The notes under the pieces were generated by a model. The model was not told the DNA's origin and searched no databases. It saw only the letters and a program-made list of their open reading frames with translations. A stretch of DNA of 38,777 nt, taken from an uncultured bacterium (lineage in GTDB: Bacteria > Zixibacteria > MSB-5A5 > GN15 > FEB-12). The position numbers and the translations under genes were made by a program. Positions 1 through 9,762 of this stretch are shown here, piece after piece (position 1 is the stretch's first letter; each line of letters opens with the position of its first letter). Where the stretch lies: NCBI GenBank assembly GCA_965602205.1, contig CBFCYQ010000002.1, positions 1-38,777 on the forward strand, written 5' to 3'.

Positions 1-129
1 ATCATCGGTGGAACCGTCGTCCACAAAGACAACCTGGTAATCAGCCGTCTGAGGGAACCGGCCGACGAGACGCCTGAGCTTCTCTCCCTCGTTGTAAGTC
101 AGCACAGCCACTATGACGCTGGGATTCAT
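1..129 (-). CDS. Family 2 glycosyltransferase, N-terminal 43 codons only (continues past the left edge)
   Basis: Minus-strand ATG at 127-129, with the frame open to position 1. Translation is MNPSVIVAVLTYNEGEKLRRLVGRFPQTADYQVVFVDDGSTDD, which carries the GT2 N-terminal signature (VLTYNE ... VDDGSTD). It starts 16 nt after the stop of the upstream gene and is absent from the ORF track because it is truncated. Confidence 0.6.
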   Translation of the reverse strand, partial: MNPSVIVAVLTYNEGEKLRRLVGRFPQTADYQVVFVDDGSTDD

Positions 130-144
130 TGCTTTCCCCCCGGG

Positions 145-735
145 CTATTCAGGAACGACCAGACCTTCCCGAAGCCGATAGCCCAGCCCGCAGCCGCAGA
201 CAGCCCTGCTTTCGGTCCCCGGCGAGGTTTCCTGGGTGAATTGAAGTCTCTTGGCGCAGCGGCAGACATAGCCCGCGAACCTGGCCGGATTGCCGTACCA
301 GAGAGTAAAATCCGGAATATCGCAGGTGACCACGGCCCCCGCCCCCACAAAAGCGTGGCAGCCGATGGTATGTCCGGCGATGATGGTGGCGTTGGCCCCG
401 ATCGTGGCGCCCTCCCCGATGAGTGTCTTATCGAACTCATCGTGGCGGACTTTACTGCGCGGGTAGACGTCGTTGGTGAAGACGGCGTGGGGACCGATAA
501 AGACGTTGTCCTCAACGACCACACCGTCCCAGAGTGAAACACCGTTCTTGACGGTGACGTTATTGCCAATAATGACGTTGTTTTCGACAAAGCAGTGGTC
601 ACAGATGTTGCAGCCGGCGCCGATCCGGGCCTCCTTCTGAACATTGCAGAAGGCCCAGATACGGGTATCTTCGCCGATGTCAGTTGATTCGACGATGGCC
701 TTTGGATGGGCGAAGTATTTTGTCTGGTCGGGCAT
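145..735 (-). CDS. Left-handed beta-helix (hexapeptide-repeat) sugar N-acetyltransferase, WbpD/WlbB-like
   Basis: 196 aa with repeated [LIV]-G-x-x-x-x hexapeptides (IGEDTRIWAFCNV, IGAGCNICDHCFV, IGNNVTVKNGVSL, IGPHAVFTND, IGANATIIAGHTIG, VGAGAVVT). The overall layout resembles UDP-2-acetamido-3-amino-2,3-dideoxy-glucuronate N-acetyltransferases. Its start overlaps the upstream stop by 1 nt (TGATG). Confidence 0.85.
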   Translation of the reverse strand: MPDQTKYFAHPKAIVESTDIGEDTRIWAFCNVQKEARIGAGCNICDHCFVENNVIIGNNVTVKNGVSLWDGVVVEDNVFIGPHAVFTNDVYPRSKVRHDEFDKTLIGEGATIGANATIIAGHTIGCHAFVGAGAVVTCDIPDFTLWYGNPARFAGYVCRCAKRLQFTQETSPGTESRAVCGCGLGYRLREGLVVPE

Positions 736-1745
736 CAGTCCAGCTCGATTACTTTGCCGCCGTTTCGCATCGAGTTATTGGAAGCCTCCAGAATCTTGAC
801 CACCTGGAGCCCGGCCATGCCGTCGGTCAGCGCCGGCCGGTCTTCATTTACAGCGTCATAGAACTCCCGGGTCGCCTTTTTGAGGGCTTCCGTCAGGTCA
901 ATATGGGGCGCCAGCATGTCGCCGGTGCGATACTGAACGAGAATATTGTAAATCTGGTCCTTGTCCTCGACAATGTCAACGCCGCGATCATATATCTTGA
1001 TTTTCTCGGATGGTTCCATGTCATCGTAAACGATCATTTTCTTGGAGCCGGAGATGAGCGTCTTGCGCACTTTGACGGGAGCCAGCCAGTTGACGTGGAT
1101 GTGGCCCAGGAGATTGTTGTCATAGTAGGCCGAGAGGTAAGCGATGTTCTCGATATTGGGTTCAAAATGGGCCACGCCGGTGGCCGCGATCGCGCGCGGG
1201 CGACGCCCCAGCAGGTAATCCATGATAGAGACGTCATGGGGGGCCAGGTCCCAGATGACATTGACGTCGTGCTGGAAAAGACCGAGGTTGACGCGCACGG
1301 AATCGAAGTAATACAAATCACCCAGCTCGCCGCCGTCAATGATGTGCTTGACAGTCTGCACGGCGCCGGTGTAAATGAACGTGTGGTCCACCATGATGTG
1401 GAGGTTCTTGCTTTGAGCCAGTTCATTCAGCCGCTGGGCCTGCTCCGTCGTAGCGGTAAACGGCTTCTCGACAAAAATATGTTTGCCGGATGAAAGGGCT
1501 TCCATACCCAGAGGAAAATGCATCGATACCGGCGTGGCGATGACGACCGCGTCGATCTCGCTCGAGTGGAGGATATCGTTGGCGTCCGCCGTCAGGATCT
1601 TGATCGTGGGGTATAGCCGGGAGATAAAATCCAGTCTCTCCGGTCTGACATCACATACCGCCGCTACATCGACGTCGTCGAGGGCGTTGAAATTCCGGAC
1701 CAGGTTCGGTCCCCAGTATCCGCAGCCAATCACACCAACTTTCAT
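735..1745 (-). CDS. Gfo/Idh/MocA-family NAD-dependent sugar oxidoreductase (WbpB-like)
   Basis: 336 aa. N-terminal Rossmann motif MKVGVIGCGYWGPNLVRNF, followed by the EKP motif (HIFVEKPF) typical of Gfo/Idh/MocA enzymes. It is adjacent and translationally coupled to the hexapeptide acetyltransferase, as in di-N-acetylated sugar pathways. Confidence 0.85.
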   Translation of the reverse strand: MKVGVIGCGYWGPNLVRNFNALDDVDVAAVCDVRPERLDFISRLYPTIKILTADANDILHSSEIDAVVIATPVSMHFPLGMEALSSGKHIFVEKPFTATTEQAQRLNELAQSKNLHIMVDHTFIYTGAVQTVKHIIDGGELGDLYYFDSVRVNLGLFQHDVNVIWDLAPHDVSIMDYLLGRRPRAIAATGVAHFEPNIENIAYLSAYYDNNLLGHIHVNWLAPVKVRKTLISGSKKMIVYDDMEPSEKIKIYDRGVDIVEDKDQIYNILVQYRTGDMLAPHIDLTEALKKATREFYDAVNEDRPALTDGMAGLQVVKILEASNNSMRNGGKVIELD

Positions 1746-1760
1746 GCGTCACCCGAATAG

Positions 1761-3983
1761 TTAATAGACTAAAAAGCTACCGTCCGGTCTAAAGTGCATC
1801 AGGAATATGTTGTACCTGCCGGTCTGTAATCCCGGTGATGGTGACAAATCCCGCCACTTTTGAGCGGTCTTCAATCTGCGGTCAATATAATAAGAAATCG
1901 TGGAATCCGATAAGACTTTTACTTTGTATCTTATCCGCGGGTCATCCATATGAACAAAGCGTTCTATGGAAGTAAACCTGATACCGGGGATGAATCTCTC
2001 ACCGGGGTCGTCGACGAAACTTCCGTGAACGTCAACGAAATTGTTTTCCTCAGGAAAGCGGCTGTCAATGGCCACCGATATATCGACGTAGCCGTACTTT
2101 CGCAGGTACGCGCTTACCTTTGAGTATGAAAGCGGAAACATGGCGTACTGCCGGTACTCCTCAAGACCAATCGGGATGAGAGTCGAATATGCACGGTAGG
2201 TAAACTTGGGGTAAAAGAAATCGAGCAGCGGTTTTTCCCCTCCTACAAAGGACATCGCGGTGTCACCGACAGAAACAGTAAAGGTGTTCCTTCGCCGGGC
2301 GCCGGAATTTACGTCAATCAGGGCAAAAAGACCGTCTCCCCTTTCCATCTCCCGGAGGCTGGAGATGTATATTTTCGACCCGGCTTTCATGACGGGATTG
2401 TCGAGGCGGCAGGAAAACTCACTCCAGTTATCCCTGGCCAGGGTCGAACTCCAACTGACGACCGCAAAAACCAATCCCGCTGCGACGGCCGGGAAGGCTT
2501 TGGTCCAGCGGTAGCGGCCGTCCAGCAGCCGCCCTGAGATAATGAGCAAGCCGGTCAGCAGAATCAGGGATTTCAGCAGCAGCACGGCAATAGCGACACC
2601 TTGCGAGAGCCGGACACCCAATACGATGTTGAACCAGCTTATATCGATAACCCAGGCAAGCGCAAGCATCAGCACGGCCAGGACGACGCGTGCCCTGACG
2701 CGCGGTTTGTCGGCGGCACCCTTCTGCCACAATTCAACCGCCAGGAACGACGCTGTCATAATAAGCATCGGCATGGCATTGAAGTTGTAACGCGACACGG
2801 AATGGAAGATGACGTGGATGGCGGTATAGTAACCGATTATAAATAAGGGCCACGCCGCCGCACTGAATTTCCGCGAAATCATCACCAGCAGGCCCAGTAG
2901 TCCCCCCGCGACGATGATAAGGTGCAGTCGTTCCATGCCCTCGTAGGGAATTATGAAGTTTCGTTTGAAATCATTGAACGGGCGGCTCCACAGCCGCTCG
3001 AACTTCTTGACCAGCAGGCCCGCGAATCCCACCGGGTTATCGATGATATCACCGGCCACCGAGCGCTCCCAGAAGTCGGGCTCGACCTTATCGAGGTCGT
3101 ATCCTTCGAATTTGATTGACGTCGACTGCCTGAGGTTGGAGGCGCCGTAGGAAGGGTCGCGCAGGGCAAGCTGCCCGTACTTGACTGACGTGGCCGTCAC
3201 CCAGCAGACGAAAACTACGGCTACCGGAGCGGTAAAAAACAGCAACCGATTGATGAGCGTTGCCGGTGGCAGTTTCCGGCGGGCATAGAAATAGAAGCCG
3301 GCCACAAAGGGCACCGCCAGGAACATGGCTGTCGGCTTGTTGAGAATCAGCAGGCCGGTGATGACGCCGGCGAAGATATAGAACCTGCGGCTGTCATTCT
3401 CCAGGCCGCGCAGAAGACACCAGAGAGCAAGGATAATCAGAAAAGAGGTCGAGGACTCCAGAAGGAGCATGGTCGAGGCCAGGCTGAAGGGGAAATAGAC
3501 GGCATAGAGAAACCCGGTGAGCAGGGCGGCAGTCCTCCCGGCGAGGCGCACAGCCACAAGGATGAGCAGCCACGTTGTCAGCAAATCGAGGATAATACCA
3601 AAGACCCTGGCGAAGGTAAAGTCGGCCAGGGGCGCCAGGTAGAATATCATCGCTAGAAAGGTCGGGTAGAGTGGGCCGCTGAAATAAAGATCATCCCGGG
3701 CCTGGGTCAGCGTGTGCGGCGTGTAGTGCAGCCACTCGATCTGCTCGCCCTGGATATATCTCTCGTAATAGTATTTAAAACGGTAGCGGTCTTCCCTCTC
3801 GTCGGCAGAGGTCCCGGCGCCGCTGTGATCCACGTAGGAGATGGCGCCGACGGCCGCCGCCGCGTACCGTCCGGCATCCCACATAACCGGCAGCACCTTG
3901 TCTGAGGCCAAATATCCGAATCGAAAGCCGGCCGCCACCACCAGGATGGCCAGAATCCAACCTCTTGTAACCGATGGGCGCAT
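1761..3983 (-). CDS. GT-C fold membrane glycosyltransferase (GT39/GT83, PMT/ArnT-like) with a ~240 aa soluble C-terminal domain
   Basis: 740 aa. Many predicted TM helices span residues ~1-500. The first extracytoplasmic loop carries an acidic motif, PVMWDAGRYAAA, comparable to the DE/WD-x-x-RY motif of ArnT/PMT enzymes. The C-terminal domain is non-membrane. Confidence 0.6.
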   Translation of the reverse strand: MRPSVTRGWILAILVVAAGFRFGYLASDKVLPVMWDAGRYAAAAVGAISYVDHSGAGTSADEREDRYRFKYYYERYIQGEQIEWLHYTPHTLTQARDDLYFSGPLYPTFLAMIFYLAPLADFTFARVFGIILDLLTTWLLILVAVRLAGRTAALLTGFLYAVYFPFSLASTMLLLESSTSFLIILALWCLLRGLENDSRRFYIFAGVITGLLILNKPTAMFLAVPFVAGFYFYARRKLPPATLINRLLFFTAPVAVVFVCWVTATSVKYGQLALRDPSYGASNLRQSTSIKFEGYDLDKVEPDFWERSVAGDIIDNPVGFAGLLVKKFERLWSRPFNDFKRNFIIPYEGMERLHLIIVAGGLLGLLVMISRKFSAAAWPLFIIGYYTAIHVIFHSVSRYNFNAMPMLIMTASFLAVELWQKGAADKPRVRARVVLAVLMLALAWVIDISWFNIVLGVRLSQGVAIAVLLLKSLILLTGLLIISGRLLDGRYRWTKAFPAVAAGLVFAVVSWSSTLARDNWSEFSCRLDNPVMKAGSKIYISSLREMERGDGLFALIDVNSGARRRNTFTVSVGDTAMSFVGGEKPLLDFFYPKFTYRAYSTLIPIGLEEYRQYAMFPLSYSKVSAYLRKYGYVDISVAIDSRFPEENNFVDVHGSFVDDPGERFIPGIRFTSIERFVHMDDPRIRYKVKVLSDSTISYYIDRRLKTAQKWRDLSPSPGLQTGRYNIFLMHFRPDGSFLVY

Positions 3984-4021
3984 CTTTTCTTTATAAGCAC
4001 ATCAGAGTGATACCGCAAGGT

Positions 4022-5068
4022 TCAAGATTGGCCGCCCGGTGAGTCGTCGCCGGCGCCCGCCATTTCTTCGGTGGCCTTTTCTTCGAGCGTCTTGAGAGTG
4101 AGATGCTCTTTTTTGAGATAATAGAATCCCATAAAAGTAACGATAACGTACTGCGTGGCGTGGAGCACTATAGCACAGGACAGGGCCGCTTCCTGGGAAA
4201 TACCGTACTGCATAAGCGCCAGGACCGCCCCGGCATGATACACGCCCACGAATCCCGGGGACGAGGGTACCAGGATGGAAACCGACACCACCACGAGGAC
4301 GACAAAAGAGGCATCGAGATTGACGTCAAAACCAAAAGCGAGAAACACGAAATAGTTCGACAACCCCATGAGAATCCAGATTACCATTGTCTGGAGCGAA
4401 ACCCAGGCGACGCTTTTAAGGTCGGTGAGAAATTCCAGCCCGCGAGAGAATTTGAGAATAACCGACTCAATAAAATCTTTGATTCTTTCAGGTAGAAAGA
4501 ACAGGTAACGTCTCAACAACCGACTGGTCTGATCAGCCTTCAGGGCCAGGGTCAACATGGCGGCAATACCGAGCAGGGCGGTGGCAATGGTTATGATCAA
4601 GCCGAATTTCATGGACTGATCCAGTTGCAGCGGGGAGATATAGAGAACAACACCGAAAATCAGCAGCAGGGCAATCAGGTCGAAGACCAGTCGTTCGACA
4701 AATATATTGGCCAGCGAAGCAGACTTGGGAATATCGTTGTCCTGAGCGGCCAGTGAATAGGCGCGGACGAATTCGCCCAGCCGCAGCGGCAGAACGTTGT
4801 TAGCCATAAACCCGATACAGGTGGCGGCGAGGAGCTTGGAGAAGGCCACCTTTTTGACGGGCGCGATCATATCGTTCCAGCGATAGGCGCGCTGGTACAT
4901 CGTCAGCACGATAAGCACGGCGTTGGGAATGAGCCACCAGTAGTTGGCGTCCTTAAGGGCCTCGAGCAGTTCCGTGATATTGATATTTCGGAACAAGAAC
5001 CACAGCAGGACCACCGAGATAGTGATGCCGAATCCGATATAGAGGTATCTTTTGGCCTTTACAGTCAC
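4022..5068 (-). CDS. Lysylphosphatidylglycerol-synthase TM-region family (UPF0104, flippase-like) membrane protein
   Basis: 348 aa polytopic membrane protein. The N-terminus (RYLYIGFGITISVVLLWFLFRNINITELLEALKDANYWWL) and the RAYRW motif are typical of PF03706-type proteins. Its start overlaps the GT4 stop by 4 nt. Confidence 0.7.
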   Translation of the reverse strand: MTVKAKRYLYIGFGITISVVLLWFLFRNINITELLEALKDANYWWLIPNAVLIVLTMYQRAYRWNDMIAPVKKVAFSKLLAATCIGFMANNVLPLRLGEFVRAYSLAAQDNDIPKSASLANIFVERLVFDLIALLLIFGVVLYISPLQLDQSMKFGLIITIATALLGIAAMLTLALKADQTSRLLRRYLFFLPERIKDFIESVILKFSRGLEFLTDLKSVAWVSLQTMVIWILMGLSNYFVFLAFGFDVNLDASFVVLVVVSVSILVPSSPGFVGVYHAGAVLALMQYGISQEAALSCAIVLHATQYVIVTFMGFYYLKKEHLTLKTLEEKATEEMAGAGDDSPGGQS

Positions 5069-6180
5069 TTGTTTTTCACCACCTCGAGAATGAGCGACTC
5101 GAAATTCTTCGCCGCCCTGTCCCAGTCAAATTGTGCCGCCCACTGAAGGGCCCCCTGCTCGAGTTCTTTCCGCAGAGGCTCATCCGTTAACACCGTCAAC
5201 AGCTTTTCGGCCAGTTGGTCAATGTTGCCGTGCTCGTACAGAAAGCCGGTCTGGCCGTCCCGAACCGAATCCCTCAAGCCGGGAACGTCGGCCGCAACAA
5301 CGGCCGTGCCGACCGAGTTGGCTTCGATATTGGTCAGCCCCCAGCCTTCTTTCAGCGAGGGCAGTACCGAAACATGGGCTCGCCGCATCCGTTCGACCTT
5401 GTTCTCCATCGAGACGAACCCCGGGAATTCGATATCGCTCGACAAACCGACCTCATCGGCCAGTGTCTTCAGACTGGACAGATAATCACCGGCGCCGACA
5501 ATCATCAGGTGCGCCTCGGGAAGTTTTGTCCTGACAATCCTGAAGGCGCGAATTACATCCTGGATTGACTTATACTTCTTGATGCGTCCCAAATACAGTA
5601 TGGTCGGCCGGTCGTATTTCGGTACCGACGTGTCGGGCGCATAGGTCCGGCGATCGATCCCGCAGTGGATGACCGATATATCCTTTGGGGGAACGCCGCG
5701 CTTGATGAGGTCGTCAGCAGTCGACTGTGAGATTACGTTGAACGGCAATCCGCGATACACACGCACCAGGGGTCTTTCGCACAAGTATATGTATGTTCCG
5801 AGGACGAAGTTGATTTCATCAAAAACCGTCGTGGCAAACAGGTGCGGAATCACCACCAGTGTCTTTATTTTCAAGAACCAGGGCGTGTAGAACGGGATTT
5901 TGTTGATGTCTTCGAGGAGCAGGTCGAATTTCTCGCGGGCAACCAGTCGGCGCAGGTGGTAGGGTGCAATCAGGTTGAAGTTGAAGCGATTGCCTCTCCT
6001 GATGATTTTGACGCCGGCGATTGTTTCTTCCGGCGAGCAGCCGCCCCATCCCGAGCAAAACAACGTCACGTCGTGGCCGTATGTCACCAGTCGTTGCAGC
6101 AACTCTTCGAGATGCACCTCCGCGCCGCCGGCATACGGGTTTTTCAGATCATTCCAATTGAGAGCCAGTATTTTCATCAC
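5065..6180 (-). CDS. Family 4 (GT-B, Glycos_transf_1) glycosyltransferase
   Basis: 371 aa. The N-terminus MKILALNWNDLKNPYAGGAEVHLEEL and the C-terminal half with SLKEGWGLTNIEANSVGTAVVAADVPGLRDSV (E-x7-E-type region) are characteristic of GT4 enzymes. Confidence 0.85.
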   Translation of the reverse strand: MMKILALNWNDLKNPYAGGAEVHLEELLQRLVTYGHDVTLFCSGWGGCSPEETIAGVKIIRRGNRFNFNLIAPYHLRRLVAREKFDLLLEDINKIPFYTPWFLKIKTLVVIPHLFATTVFDEINFVLGTYIYLCERPLVRVYRGLPFNVISQSTADDLIKRGVPPKDISVIHCGIDRRTYAPDTSVPKYDRPTILYLGRIKKYKSIQDVIRAFRIVRTKLPEAHLMIVGAGDYLSSLKTLADEVGLSSDIEFPGFVSMENKVERMRRAHVSVLPSLKEGWGLTNIEANSVGTAVVAADVPGLRDSVRDGQTGFLYEHGNIDQLAEKLLTVLTDEPLRKELEQGALQWAAQFDWDRAAKNFESLILEVVKNK

Positions 6181-6182
6181 CG

Positions 6183-9179
6183 TTACCCGCCGTTGCTGTC
6201 CCTGGCTATGCCCTTTTGCAGTTCCATCAGCATCATTCTGATTTTATCGTCACCGGGATTGAACTGAAGCCATCGCTGAAGCAGGGCTTTCATGCCGAGC
6301 ACGTTCTTGGTATCGAAATAGAGTCGCATCAACTCGTCGAGAGCCGCCCGATAAGTGGGATTGGAGACCAGCACACCGTTGAGGATGCGCTCGCCTTTTT
6401 GAGCGTCTCCATGTTTGATTTCGGTGCGGGCCAGCACTGTATTCAGCCAGGGCCGGTCGCCGCCTTCGGTGCTGTCGATCAACGCCCGCAACTCGAACAG
6501 CCTGCCCTGGCGGGACATTATCGAGGCCAGGGGGTCGATGGCATTGGGATAGTGAGGCACCAGTCGCATCGTTTTGCGGATGAGTTCCTCGGCGCGCTTG
6601 TAATCGCCCAACCCCTTGAGTTCCTCGGCGACCCGTAACATCCCCGTGGCGTAGTTACCGGAAAGCCGCCGGGCTGTTTCCGACTTGAACACCCCGGGAT
6701 CGTCAAGCCCGCCGTCCCGGAATTTCTGCGGATTGGTGAAGAAGTCATAAGCCGCCTCCGCGTCCACCGAGATTTTCTCTCCACTGTCGAGCAGCCGCCA
6801 GGACATACCGGTAAGAAGGAGCCGATGGTCCAGAGATCTGCCCTGGTAGCGGCGGTATCTCGAGCTAACCGTCACCGAGAAATGTATCGGCCGGCGTCCG
6901 AAATTGTTGGCTATAATTGCCGTGACGACCTGATCCTGCAACAGGTAAGGCGTGCCGTCCTGCAAGCGATAGGACCGCAGGCGATCTATCGTCTCGTCGG
7001 TCCAGCCCAGGTCGACATTGAGAGTATTCTGAATCTGCTTGACATACCACTTGGCGTTTGACAAGGTCAGGTTGACGACCTTAACGTCGCGGCGGACACC
7101 GAGAGCTTCCTGAAGACACCACAGGGGAAACGTGTCATTGTCACCGAAGGTGAAGAGGACCGCGTCCTTGTCAGTGGAACTGAGTAGATTCCAGGCATAA
7201 CCGTAAGCAATAAAGTTTTGGGAACGGTCGCAGTAATGGTAGTTGCGCGCCAGGCTGACAGCCGGTAACAGCAGCAGCACCGGCAAGGCCGCCAGTATCA
7301 CTTTCTTCGGGCCGACCGAGAATTTGGCCGTCAGGTCACGGATATATTGAATTATGGCGCTGACGCCCATGCCGATAGCCAGGCCGAATAAAACAAAGGC
7401 CGGTGTGAAGAAATAATCCCGGTCGCGAACCTCAATGTAGTCGCGACTGCCCAGATGCTGCCGGGTACCGTCGGCAAAGTTCATATACAGCACCAACCCC
7501 ACCGAGCACAAAAGCAGAAAAACCGTCAGTGGCAGCCCGATGTCCGGCCGTCTCCGGACGACCTCCCAGATTCCGAAAATGCCGATGAGAAAAAGCACGA
7601 TAAAGCGCGGTCCGCGGATACCGTACTGTTCGTTGAAGAATTTCCAGAAGCCCATGCGGTTATGCACTCCGAACTGATTGGCCCATTCGCCTCGACGGAC
7701 GAACATACGTTCCACCATCGATTCGGCGCCGTACTGCTTTCTTTCGAGGAAATTTATGGTGGCGGTGAGGTTTTGGGAGGGGTTATTCTCATCTATGTTT
7801 GGATTGCGGCTGGAGCGAATGGGGATGAACATATGCACGGAGAAGCCCATTACCGCCATCAGCAGGATCATCAGGGCACTTCTCCAGCGCGGCATCCGGA
7901 AGCGTATTCCCAGAATGAGAACAAGCACGGCCGCGGCGACCAGGCTATAGGCAAACTCTCTTATTCCCAGAACCACGGCCGAAGCGCCGACAATCGCTAT
8001 GAGCACCGGCCAGTCGATAAACCGCCGCAAATAGATCAACAGGGCCAGCGAAAGCACCGCGGAGAAGACCAGGAAGGCGCCATAGCCCTTGAACGTGAAC
8101 AGCAGGGCCACCATCCCGGCCGCGAAAAAAACGAATGACGCCAGCGACAAGTAGCCGCCTCTACCCGGCCCATCGTCGTATCTTTTCAAATATCGAAACA
8201 GCAGATTAACGCCGACAAGCACCAATGCCGCGAAAAAGATTTTCCCAAGAGCAGAGGCCGCCTGCAGCGTTCCCTCGGAAAGTGATCCTTCCACTCCCAT
8301 ACGCGCCATCACGGCGTTGATGGTCACGGCATAGAGAGGCATTGCTGACAGCATAAAGCCGAGCGCTACCACAAGATGCCAGCGCGAGAGCCGCTCGCAA
8401 GAGAAGATATAAAACAGGTAAAAAACAAAAACGATGACCACGGGAACAAAAAAGGGAATTTCGTCCGGTCGCGACGACATGGCGAATACAAGAAACATTT
8501 CGACAGCCACGAATATTGCCAGGGCATACCAGGCCCGGGCATCGGCTTTTTTCTTGAGAATGAAGACCAGAGCGGCTGCCGGAGCCATCAGAAAAGTGGC
8601 CATGTGGACGCCGATACCAAGGAAGGCCAGATACACGATCAGCAGCATGATTTTCTCTGCCGACGCCTCGCCCCGCTTTTCGACTAAAATAGTCGTTAAC
8701 CATAGCATGGCCATCAGCATCATCATCGACAACCCGTAGACTTCGGCCTCCACCGAGTTGTTCCAGTTGGTGATGCTCCAGGCCAGGAACAGAGTACCGC
8801 AGGCGCCGCCGCCGTAAATCAAAAAGCGGGTGTAGGCCGAGCGGCTGGCGCCGAAGGACAGGCGAAGAATTCGAACCGCCGTTAAGTATGCAAAGAAGGC
8901 GGTGAAGGTCGAAGAAACCACTGAAAGCGCATTCACCCTTGCGGCCGCGTCGGCGGCCAGAGGTAGAATACCGAAGAGCCGCCCGATAAGAATATACAGG
9001 GGGGTGCCGGGCGGGTGGGGGATTCCCAGAATGTAACTGCAGGCAATGAATTCACCGCAGTCCCAGAGTGACACGGTGGGCGCTTTAGTCAGAACGTATA
9101 CGACTAATACTGCCAGGGAAACCGCGAGCGCGACCAGAGCGTTGGTCCTGTCAAGGCTTTGCCAAAAACGTTTATTCAT
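6183..9179 (-). CDS. DUF2723 (TMEM260-like, GT-C fold) membrane protein with C-terminal TPR-like repeats
   Basis: 998 aa. The N-terminal motif APTVSLWDCGEFIACSYILGIPHPPGTPLYILIGRLF is the DUF2723 hallmark. About 600 aa of polytopic membrane region follow, and the C-terminal ~250 aa are helical-repeat (TPR-like). ATG at 9177-9179. Confidence 0.8.
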   Translation of the reverse strand: MNKRFWQSLDRTNALVALAVSLAVLVVYVLTKAPTVSLWDCGEFIACSYILGIPHPPGTPLYILIGRLFGILPLAADAAARVNALSVVSSTFTAFFAYLTAVRILRLSFGASRSAYTRFLIYGGGACGTLFLAWSITNWNNSVEAEVYGLSMMMLMAMLWLTTILVEKRGEASAEKIMLLIVYLAFLGIGVHMATFLMAPAAALVFILKKKADARAWYALAIFVAVEMFLVFAMSSRPDEIPFFVPVVIVFVFYLFYIFSCERLSRWHLVVALGFMLSAMPLYAVTINAVMARMGVEGSLSEGTLQAASALGKIFFAALVLVGVNLLFRYLKRYDDGPGRGGYLSLASFVFFAAGMVALLFTFKGYGAFLVFSAVLSLALLIYLRRFIDWPVLIAIVGASAVVLGIREFAYSLVAAAVLVLILGIRFRMPRWRSALMILLMAVMGFSVHMFIPIRSSRNPNIDENNPSQNLTATINFLERKQYGAESMVERMFVRRGEWANQFGVHNRMGFWKFFNEQYGIRGPRFIVLFLIGIFGIWEVVRRRPDIGLPLTVFLLLCSVGLVLYMNFADGTRQHLGSRDYIEVRDRDYFFTPAFVLFGLAIGMGVSAIIQYIRDLTAKFSVGPKKVILAALPVLLLLPAVSLARNYHYCDRSQNFIAYGYAWNLLSSTDKDAVLFTFGDNDTFPLWCLQEALGVRRDVKVVNLTLSNAKWYVKQIQNTLNVDLGWTDETIDRLRSYRLQDGTPYLLQDQVVTAIIANNFGRRPIHFSVTVSSRYRRYQGRSLDHRLLLTGMSWRLLDSGEKISVDAEAAYDFFTNPQKFRDGGLDDPGVFKSETARRLSGNYATGMLRVAEELKGLGDYKRAEELIRKTMRLVPHYPNAIDPLASIMSRQGRLFELRALIDSTEGGDRPWLNTVLARTEIKHGDAQKGERILNGVLVSNPTYRAALDELMRLYFDTKNVLGMKALLQRWLQFNPGDDKIRMMLMELQKGIARDSNGG

Positions 9180-9253
9180 TCAAGAGAGCCGGCTGCAAGC
9201 GATGGAACTCGCAAGTCTATGTCCGTTCTAACACCTGTTCCTTTTAAACCACG

Positions 9254-9283
9254 ATAATACAACAATTTTGATGTCCTGTCCAA
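9254..9283 (-). promoter_or_regulatory. Candidate sigma-70 promoter of the glycosylation operon
   Basis: The minus strand reads TTGGAC - 18 nt - TATTAT, about 75 nt upstream of the ATG at 9179, in the only sizeable gap (9180-9336) ahead of the operon. This is motif matching only. Confidence 0.3.
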
Positions 9284-9336
9284 CACCTTTTACAGCCCGA
9301 TCCGTGACGCCGATGCATCGCGTAGAGCAATCCCCG

Positions 9337-9762
9337 CTAAGCTTTTTTAGAACCCTCCACCTGCTTGACATAGTTGTCCAGAAGGCCGTTGACAAAGGCT
9401 GAAGACTCTCGTGTCGAGAAAGTTTTGGCCAGTTCGATGGCCTCATTGATAACCACCTTCACCGGGACATCGGGCATCTTCTCCACCTCAATGATAGCCA
9501 TCCTCAAAATATTTCGGTCCAGCAACGCGATCCGGGAGAGCTCCCAGTTCCTGGCCAGTTTTGAGATAATGCTGTCAACCCGCTCGAGATTGTCCACGAC
9601 GTGGTGAAAGAGATCTTTTACGAATCGGATGTTTTTCTGGGAGAGTTTCTCATCGCCGATAATATTTTCCAGGTCTTCATCCGACCAGGCGTCCTGCTGC
9701 TCGTAAGCATAGAGCCCCTTTAAGACCAGTTCACGGGCCCGGTGCCGCGGCGAGTCGGTCAT
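9337..9762 (-). CDS. nusB: Transcription antitermination factor NusB
   Basis: I chose the [23 protein letters not shown] start because its ATG (9760-9762) overlaps the ribH stop in an ATGA arrangement. The longer ORF-track start at 9822 would overlap ribH by 60 nt. The sequence is NusB-like throughout (RIALLDRNILRMAIIE ... VVINEAIELAK), and ribH-nusB adjacency is common. Confidence 0.85.
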   Translation of the reverse strand: MTDSPRHRARELVLKGLYAYEQQDAWSDEDLENIIGDEKLSQKNIRFVKDLFHHVVDNLERVDSIISKLARNWELSRIALLDRNILRMAIIEVEKMPDVPVKVVINEAIELAKTFSTRESSAFVNGLLDNYVKQVEGSKKA

